From NCBI GenBank assembly GCA_040384445.1, contig JAZKJG010000002.1, forward strand, positions 160,823 through 224,822: DNA of 64,000 nt, in the 5' to 3' direction. This DNA comes from Patescibacteria group bacterium (lineage in GTDB: Bacteria > Patescibacteriota > Minisyncoccia > Phycocordibacterales > CAIZLB01). A program made the position numbers and the translations under genes. The notes below the pieces were generated by a model. It did not search any database, had not been told where the DNA came from, and saw only the letters and a program-made list of their open reading frames with translations. Shown in pieces: positions 57,864-64,000 of this stretch (the stretch's first letter is position 1; each line of letters starts with the position of its first letter).

Positions 57864-59018
57864 TTATGCGAAATATTGTAACACCGCTTTTTCAACTACT
57901 CCGACAACTTCTGCATCAAACATAGAAGGAAGAATTGCTTCAGCGGTTACAAACTGTTCATGGTGCTTTACAATTGCTTCAGCAATGGTCATAAACAAAC
58001 CACGGTCAAATTGTGCTCCAGGAATTTGAAGCATCCCTTTAAATGCCCCTGGGAATACAAGAGAGTTGTTTATCTGATTTGGATAATCTCCACGCCCTGT
58101 GGCAACTATGAATGCTCCAGTCTCACGTGCAAGCTCTGGCATTATCTCAGGTGTAGGGTTCGAAAGGGTAAAGAGAATAGGTCTTTCACTCATAGACCGA
58201 ACCATATCTTGTGTGACAGTGTTTGCTTTTGAAAGTCCTATAAATACATGTGCATCTTTTAATGCGTCAACTAAATCTCCATTAATCACATTAGCTGTAG
58301 AACCATTTAACAACTCCTGCTTCTCAAAAGTTAAATCATTTCTATCGTGAGTAATAATTCCTTTACTATCAATAAAAGTAATATTCGTAAATCCGTATGA
58401 GATAAGTAATCGTCCTGTTGCAACTCCTGCAGCACCTACTCCAGCCAATACTATTTTAGTTTCTTCTTTTGAAATACCTCTAAGCTTTGTTGCATTGATA
58501 AGTCCAACAAGTGTCACGGTTGCTGCGCCCCATTGATCATCATGCATAACAGGAATGTCTAGTTCTTTTCTTAGTCTGCCTTCGATTTCAAAACATCGGG
58601 GTGCCGAAATGTCTTCAAGATTAATTCCTCCAAACACTGGAGAGATGTTTTTTATTATGGAAATGATTTCTTCTGTATCTTGTGTGTTGAGACAAATAGG
58701 GAAGGCATCAACTCCTGCAAATTCTTTAAAGATTGCAGCTTTACCTTCCATGACAGGAATGGCGGCGTAAGGTCCAAGATTTCCAAGTCCTAGTATTGCT
58801 GAGCCGTCAGATATAACCGCAACAGTATTATTTTTTAATGTGTACTCTCGAGCAAGAGTTTTATCATTTCCAATTGCTACTGATACTGCACCAACTCCAG
58901 GACTGTATGCGAGAGAAAGAATTTCTCGACTATCAAGTTTTACTTTGCTTTTTGTTTCAAGTTTCCCATGATGTTCTTTGTGTAATGCGAGTGCTTTCTC
59001 GTTCAGATCGTGATTCAT
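57864..59018 (-). CDS. NAD(P)-dependent malic enzyme (short, MaeB-like catalytic module)
   Basis: LSLAYSPGVG, GLGNLG (Rossmann) and the VISDGSAILGLGN context. 384 aa. Confidence 0.8.
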   Translation of the reverse strand: MNHDLNEKALALHKEHHGKLETKSKVKLDSREILSLAYSPGVGAVSVAIGNDKTLAREYTLKNNTVAVISDGSAILGLGNLGPYAAIPVMEGKAAIFKEFAGVDAFPICLNTQDTEEIISIIKNISPVFGGINLEDISAPRCFEIEGRLRKELDIPVMHDDQWGAATVTLVGLINATKLRGISKEETKIVLAGVGAAGVATGRLLISYGFTNITFIDSKGIITHDRNDLTFEKQELLNGSTANVINGDLVDALKDAHVFIGLSKANTVTQDMVRSMSERPILFTLSNPTPEIMPELARETGAFIVATGRGDYPNQINNSLVFPGAFKGMLQIPGAQFDRGLFMTIAEAIVKHHEQFVTAEAILPSMFDAEVVGVVEKAVLQYFA

Positions 59019-59080
59019 AAGGGATTAGTATATCACACATTAAAATGCACCCGTCTCCTCGGAAGGATAGGGTGCTTTGA

Positions 59081-59404
59081 TTAGTTTGGAACGTAACAAC
59101 GTTCGTGGCCACGGGGATAAATATATACCAATTGGTTTATACAGCTTGTATAGAAAAGGAGGGAGTTGTCAATTCTGGGTTGTAATTGTTCAGTTGTTCC
59201 AACATGTAAAACGTGTTCCTCGATTTCTAATGGTTCAATTTTCATGCTTCCAGTTTTTCTGGTGACTGCCCAGACTATGGAGAAAATGAAATCCCCATCA
59301 TTTTCTGCCACGTTTTTAATCTCAAAGCATGTGTTTGTTGAATTAGACTCAAGGACGATTTGCCCTCCAATAAATGTTGAAAGTAATGCAAGAGTAATTT
59401 TCAT
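59081..59404 (-). CDS. small secreted hypothetical protein
   Basis: The listed ORF begins at a TTG (59467) that is itself the TTGACA of a likely -35 box. The internal ATG at 59404 gives MKITLALLSTFIGG, a signal peptide. Confidence 0.35.
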   Translation of the reverse strand: MKITLALLSTFIGGQIVLESNSTNTCFEIKNVAENDGDFIFSIVWAVTRKTGSMKIEPLEIEEHVLHVGTTEQLQPRIDNSLLFYTSCINQLVYIYPRGHERCYVPN

Positions 59405-59435
59405 AATAGAGCAGGTAAAGACTGTAGATCCATTT

Positions 59436-59467
59436 CTGAGAATATATAAATAGTCCCTCGTTGTCAA
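59436..59467 (-). promoter_or_regulatory. putative sigma-70 promoter (TTGACA -15/17- TATATT) for the 59081-59404 gene
   Basis: Minus-strand TTGACAacgagggactatttaTATATT, ~35 nt upstream of the ATG at 59404. Confidence 0.35.
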
Positions 59468-59470
59468 ATA

Positions 59471-59496
59471 AAATAAAAAACCTCCCGAAGGAGGTC
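59471..59496 (-). terminator. terminator CCTCC-cgaa-GGAGG with T-run on the minus strand
   Basis: 17 nt after the secG stop (59513). The A-run on + strand is a T-run on the minus strand. Confidence 0.55.
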
Positions 59497-59512
59497 TTTT
59501 ATAAAGCTGAGT

Positions 59513-59740
59513 TTAGAACCACAAGTCTAGAATAACTGATCCTACGAAAAGGATAGCTACGATGATAGTTCCAAGGAAGATAACCTTCTCACCACCTCGT
59601 CGTGTGTGCCATGTAGATACAGCTCCACCACCGAAACTTCCTCCTGCGTCAGCATCTGTTGGCTGTAGAAGGATAAGGATAGTTAGAAGTACCGCTAGGG
59701 CAATTTGTATATAAGGTAGGATTGATAGGATTAACATAGG
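59513..59740 (-). CDS. secG: preprotein translocase subunit SecG
   Basis: Two TM helices flank a Gly-rich loop (ILLQPTDADAGGSFGGGAVS), matching the SecG pattern. The start is probably Met6 (MLILSIL). Confidence 0.55.
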   Translation of the reverse strand, partial: PMLILSILPYIQIALAVLLTILILLQPTDADAGGSFGGGAVSTWHTRRGGEKVIFLGTIIVAILFVGSVILDLWF

Positions 59741-59779
59741 GTGAGTATACACCAAAAGGTTTATTTTGTGTAGGGGGGT

Positions 59780-60193
59780 CTATTTATTGAAATATTCTGT
59801 AAATATCTCTGAAAGATCCTCTAAAGTTTTGTACTTTTTAATAAGTACATATTCATTTCCAGCAACCATGGCAGATAAACGTTTACCTTCAGTTTCTCTA
59901 TATAGACAGAGAATAGGTTTACCCATAGCTTCAGCCTGTCCTAGTTCGTATCCAACTCCAAGACTTGGTGTAGAGACTTCGGCAACAATTACATCAGCTT
60001 CTTTAACCCATTCCATATCCCTTTCGAATATCTCTTTGTCAGTTCTCTGGACCTCACCTAAATTCCCAAGTTCTTTATTTCCAATATGTTCAGTTAATAC
60101 TGTTCCATGATTTTGTAAATCAGTAATCATATCAAGGTATAATTCTTGATCGTCTCTTCCTCCACGTATTGAACCGGCAAAATATATTTTCAT
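59780..60193 (-). CDS. nucleoside 2-deoxyribosyltransferase-fold protein, DNPH1/Rcl-like 2'-deoxynucleoside 5'-phosphate N-hydrolase
   Basis: N-terminal IYFAGSIRGGRDDQ matches the DNPH1/Rcl signature (YFCGSIRGGR.D). Conserved Glu later (VGYELG). Confidence 0.6.
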   Translation of the reverse strand: MKIYFAGSIRGGRDDQELYLDMITDLQNHGTVLTEHIGNKELGNLGEVQRTDKEIFERDMEWVKEADVIVAEVSTPSLGVGYELGQAEAMGKPILCLYRETEGKRLSAMVAGNEYVLIKKYKTLEDLSEIFTEYFNK

Positions 60194-60249
60194 AAAGGGA
60201 AGTATACCATAATAAAAACCGCAGTTTTCACCGCGATTTTTAAAGTAAA

Positions 60250-62052
60250 TTATTTACCTTTTTTCATCAAATCCCGAGCAGTCTTCGTAAGCCCTTGTTT
60301 TCGTAGTCGAACGTTTAGCGGCGTAACCTCTAGGTACTCATCATCCTGCATAACTTCAAGTCCTCGTTCAATTGTAATCTCATACGGTGGTACAAGCATG
60401 ATCATCTCGTCTGTTCCAGAAGCTCGCATGTTTGTAAGCTGTTTAGCTTTAGTAGGGTTAACTTCCATTTCTTCTCCTTTAGAAGTGTTTCCAACAACCA
60501 TACCTGCGTATACGTCTGTAGATGGGGCAATATATAGAACACCTCGAGTCTGTAGGTTTCCAAGGGCGAATGTAAGTGCTTTTCCAGATTCCATAGAAAC
60601 CATTGATCCAACTTCTCGTTTTTCAATAACTCCAACATGTGGTCGGAACTCTACGAATCGTGAAGAAAGAATTCCTTCTCCTTTTGTATCAATAGTAAAC
60701 TGTCCTCGGTATCCTAGAAGTCCTCGTGTTGGCATTTCAAATACGAGTCGAGTAATTCCTTCTCGTTCACTCATTTGGGTCATAAGAGCTTTTCGTTTTC
60801 CAAGTTTCTCGATAACTGCTCCAGAGAATTCTGAAGGTACATCAACAACAACTTCTTCAAACGGTTCTGATTTAACTCCACCAACTTCTTTCATAATAAC
60901 TTCTGGGTTTGAAACCTGAACCTCAAATCCTTCTCGACGCATCTGTTCTAGAAGAACTGCAATGTGAAGTTCTCCACGTCCGTATACTTTAAATGTATCT
61001 CCAGTAGCTGTATCAAAATCAACTTTCAACCCTACGTTTACTTCAAGTTCTTTTTCTAGTCTATCTCGAATCTGTCGTGATGTAACATATTTACCTTCTC
61101 GTCCTGCAAAAGGAGAGTTGTTAACTAAAAAGTTAAGAGCAATTGTTGGTTCATCAACACCAATAGAAGTTAGAAGTTCTACAGTAGGATCTGATGTAAT
61201 AGTTTCTCCGATGAAAATATCAGTAAGACCTGCAAGCATTACAATGTCTCCAACTTCAGCAGCTTCAGATTCTAGTCGACTCTGACCCTCGAATGAGAAC
61301 AATTTAATAATTTTTCCAGTTCGAGGAGCTTTGTCTTTGTTCAAAATATGAACTGTCTGTCCAACTTTTACTGATCCGTTCCAAACTCGACATAGTGCAA
61401 GTCGTCCTACGAAGTTGTCATATGCAAGGTTGAATGGTTGTGCAACGAATACATCATCTGATCGCATTGGTTTAGCCTCATCAACATGAGAGAGTATCAT
61501 ATCAAATAGTGGATCAAGGTTTACAAACTCTTCTGTAAGAGTTGTTTTTGCAACAGCACTTCGTCCGATTGCGTATACAACAGGGAAATCAAGCTGAGCA
61601 TCTTCTGCTCCAAGTTCAATAAACAATTCAAGAATTTCATCATGAACTCGCTTTGGATCAGCAGCTGGTTTATCCAATTTATTCATAATAATAATAGGCT
61701 TAAGTCCTAGCTCTAGAGATTTCTTCAATACGAATCGAGTCTGAGGCATAGGTCCTTCCTGAGCATCCACGAGCAAAAGAACAGTATCAATTGAACGAAG
61801 TACTCGCTCTACTTCAGATCCGAAGTCGGCGTGACCTGGTGTGTCTACGATATTGATCTTATGTCCCTTATATATAAGAGAGGCATTCTTTGCGTAAATT
61901 GTAATTCCTCGCTCCTGTTCGATTGAGTTAGAGTCCATACTTCCAGCGTCTGCTTTGATGGCTCCTGTGTACTTAAGCATGGCATCAACGAGAGTTGTTT
62001 TACCGTGGTCCACGTGGGCAATAATAGCTATGTTTCTTATGTCTGTTTTCAT
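60250..62052 (-). CDS. typA: translational GTPase TypA/BipA
   Basis: G1 AHVDHGKTT, G3 DTPGHADF, G4 NKLD. EF-G-like domain order without domain IV. 600 aa. Confidence 0.9.
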   Translation of the reverse strand: MKTDIRNIAIIAHVDHGKTTLVDAMLKYTGAIKADAGSMDSNSIEQERGITIYAKNASLIYKGHKINIVDTPGHADFGSEVERVLRSIDTVLLLVDAQEGPMPQTRFVLKKSLELGLKPIIIMNKLDKPAADPKRVHDEILELFIELGAEDAQLDFPVVYAIGRSAVAKTTLTEEFVNLDPLFDMILSHVDEAKPMRSDDVFVAQPFNLAYDNFVGRLALCRVWNGSVKVGQTVHILNKDKAPRTGKIIKLFSFEGQSRLESEAAEVGDIVMLAGLTDIFIGETITSDPTVELLTSIGVDEPTIALNFLVNNSPFAGREGKYVTSRQIRDRLEKELEVNVGLKVDFDTATGDTFKVYGRGELHIAVLLEQMRREGFEVQVSNPEVIMKEVGGVKSEPFEEVVVDVPSEFSGAVIEKLGKRKALMTQMSEREGITRLVFEMPTRGLLGYRGQFTIDTKGEGILSSRFVEFRPHVGVIEKREVGSMVSMESGKALTFALGNLQTRGVLYIAPSTDVYAGMVVGNTSKGEEMEVNPTKAKQLTNMRASGTDEMIMLVPPYEITIERGLEVMQDDEYLEVTPLNVRLRKQGLTKTARDLMKKGK

Positions 62053-62122
62053 CGTATGATGATGACATAAAATTAGGATTGGTGCAAGGTTAGGGGTTAA
62101 AATAGCGTGGTATAATGCGGGT

Positions 62123-62611
62123 ATGAGAGAATCATTACATCATTTAGAACCTGTTAATCCTGCTAATGTTGAAAATTCTTTAGGATCTGAAATTTGGAAG
62201 TTTAGAAATGAAGATATTGATATAAAAATAGAAGATGAAATTTTACCATACCTAGATCATTCAGTTTCCGTACCAGAAGACCTGGAACTTCTAGATATTG
62301 CATTTGCAATTGATGCCTTACTTATTAGTGATGATGATACTCTTATCTCACTACTTAAGAAGGAGGATCTTCTCCCTGCATCAATGTTTATTGAGACAAC
62401 TTATGATGTAATCAAAGATGCCTTTGAAAGGGGTTTAATTTTAAAAGATGCACCTTGGTTTAAGTTGTTAAATAATAAGATGATTTCTTTAAGTCTATAT
62501 GTGGCTGGACTTACAGATGAAAAAACATTGAAGAATACTAGGGAAGAGTATTACTCTGACCTGGCTAAAAAATACCCAAACTCTACCCATAACGAAGAAG
62601 ATGAGTACTAG
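62123..62611 (+). CDS. acidic hypothetical protein (162 aa)
   Basis: ORF divergent from typA. D/E-rich, no motif. Confidence 0.35.
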   Translation: MRESLHHLEPVNPANVENSLGSEIWKFRNEDIDIKIEDEILPYLDHSVSVPEDLELLDIAFAIDALLISDDDTLISLLKKEDLLPASMFIETTYDVIKDAFERGLILKDAPWFKLLNNKMISLSLYVAGLTDEKTLKNTREEYYSDLAKKYPNSTHNEEDEY

Positions 62612-62658
62612 AGATGGTCCATTTGCCTTTATTCCACCCATATGCTATATTTTGCCCT

Positions 62659-62967
62659 ATGTTAAACATACGACTACAACGCGTTGGACGAAAGAACGAT
62701 GCCTCATATAGACTAGTTGCTATCAACTCAAAGTACGCTGCCCGAAGTGGTAAGGCTATTGAGATTCTTGGAGCAGTAGACTTCCGAAAAACAAAGATTG
62801 AAAAAGAATCTTTCAAGGCAGATAAAATTGCTGCATACATGAAAACTGGCGCACAGCTTTCACCAACAGTTCATAACCTACTTATCTCTGTAGGACTTAT
62901 CGAAGGAAAGAAAATAAACGTTCTTCCAAAGAAAACTCCACAAAAGAAAAAAGAAGAGGCTAAATAA
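62659..62967 (+). CDS. rpsP: 30S ribosomal protein S16
   Basis: MLNIRLQRVGRKNDASYRLVAI matches the S16 N-terminus (MVKIRLxRxGxKKxPFYRIV). The start is the internal ATG at 62659 of ORF 62614-62967. Basic C-terminal tail. Confidence 0.8.
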   Translation: MLNIRLQRVGRKNDASYRLVAINSKYAARSGKAIEILGAVDFRKTKIEKESFKADKIAAYMKTGAQLSPTVHNLLISVGLIEGKKINVLPKKTPQKKKEEAK

Positions 62968-62976
62968 AAATAAAAA

Positions 62977-63005
62977 ACTCTGCACTGAATGCAGAGTTTT
63001 TTATT
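62977..63005 (+). terminator. terminator ACTCTGCA-ctgaa-TGCAGAGT + TTTTTT
   Basis: Perfect 8-bp stem with T-run, 10 nt after the rpsP stop. Confidence 0.7.
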
Positions 63006-63074
63006 TGCAAATGTTTTACCAATCTATGATATAATTATCATATTAAAAACATAAAGCAGTAATCAACAAAAACC

Positions 63075-63341
63075 ATGACATCATCACAAGAAGCAGACGT
63101 ACAATTTCTCACATTTATAATTCAATCTCTTGCAGAAAATCAGGAGGCAATTAAGATTTCACGAACAGTAGACGAGATGGGTGTATTGCTCAGTCTTGAG
63201 GTTGATCGAGCAGATATGGGAAAAGTGATTGGGCGAGATGGGTCAACTGCGAAAGCAATCAGAACACTACTGCGAGTTTTTGGAATGAAAAATAATTCAC
63301 GAGTAAATCTTAAGATTAATGAACCAGCAGCAACTGAATAG
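63075..63341 (+). CDS. KH-domain RNA-binding protein (KhpA/YlqC family)
   Basis: GxxG KH motif (VIGRDGSTAKAIRTLL). 88 aa. Position downstream of rpsP is the conserved location. Confidence 0.7.
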   Translation: MTSSQEADVQFLTFIIQSLAENQEAIKISRTVDEMGVLLSLEVDRADMGKVIGRDGSTAKAIRTLLRVFGMKNNSRVNLKINEPAATE

Positions 63342-63388
63342 TTATCCACAAAATATCTTGCACAGATAAGGATTAAATCATATACTAA

Positions 63389-64000
<612 letters not shown>

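Noticed and set aside
59081-59112. Small palindromes GAACGT-aaca-ACGTTC and CCGTGGCCACGG at the 3' end of the 59081 gene
   Set aside because: Very short stems without a flanking U-run in the relevant orientation. Probably incidental, though they may contribute to 3' end formation.

Overview
This is a 64 kb window of a low-GC (roughly 35-38%) bacterial chromosome. It uses the standard genetic code: TGA and TAA both act as stops, as at the pilB/pilC ATGA overlap at 21869-21872. Most of the window is a densely packed housekeeping backbone on both strands. I can recognise the following.

- **Housekeeping genes:** ftsK (partial, minus strand at the window start), ftsE/ftsX, class-I fructose-bisphosphate aldolase, rmuC, hisS, pheS/pheT, gyrB, valS, malic enzyme, secG, typA/bipA, rpsP with a KH-domain gene, and mreB (partial at the window end).
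- **Surface and secretion content:** a type-IV-pilus-like module (PilB-like ATPase, PilC platform, two prepilin-leader proteins) directly followed by a processive GT2 synthase, a membrane CxxC protein and an acyltransferase-3 gene. There is also a sortase divergent from a CARDB-like Asn/Tyr-rich surface protein, several large secreted or cell-wall-binding proteins (two paralogous peptidoglycan-binding proteins, one with four Fn3-like repeats), and an ECF sigma/putative anti-sigma pair.
- **Carbohydrate operon:** a tight four-gene mannose-centred operon (PMM-like HAD, cupin, GH130, GT4 fusion).
- **Other enzymes:** a PIF1-family helicase, a stand-alone DEDD exonuclease, a DNPH1/Rcl-like nucleotide hydrolase and a GDSL hydrolase.
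- **RNA genes:** one tRNA-Glu(UUC).
- **Not found:** rRNA, CRISPR, integrase, transposase or obvious restriction-modification genes.

The shortened aaRS genes (PheS 239 aa, PheT 667 aa, ValRS 701 aa), the abundance of surface proteins and the low GC suggest a small-genome, Patescibacteria/CPR-like organism; this is inference only. The most unusual signals are a set of small GC-elevated genes, mostly on the minus strand and flanked by GC-rich hairpin terminators, lying between housekeeping genes. One of these is a Gly/Pro/Tyr/Gln-repeat lipoprotein. There is also an abrupt GC shift inside the 3' end of a secreted-protein gene and a 25-bp-arm hairpin in the 5' leader of a transporter gene. I could not recognise a classical defence or mobile system from sequence alone.
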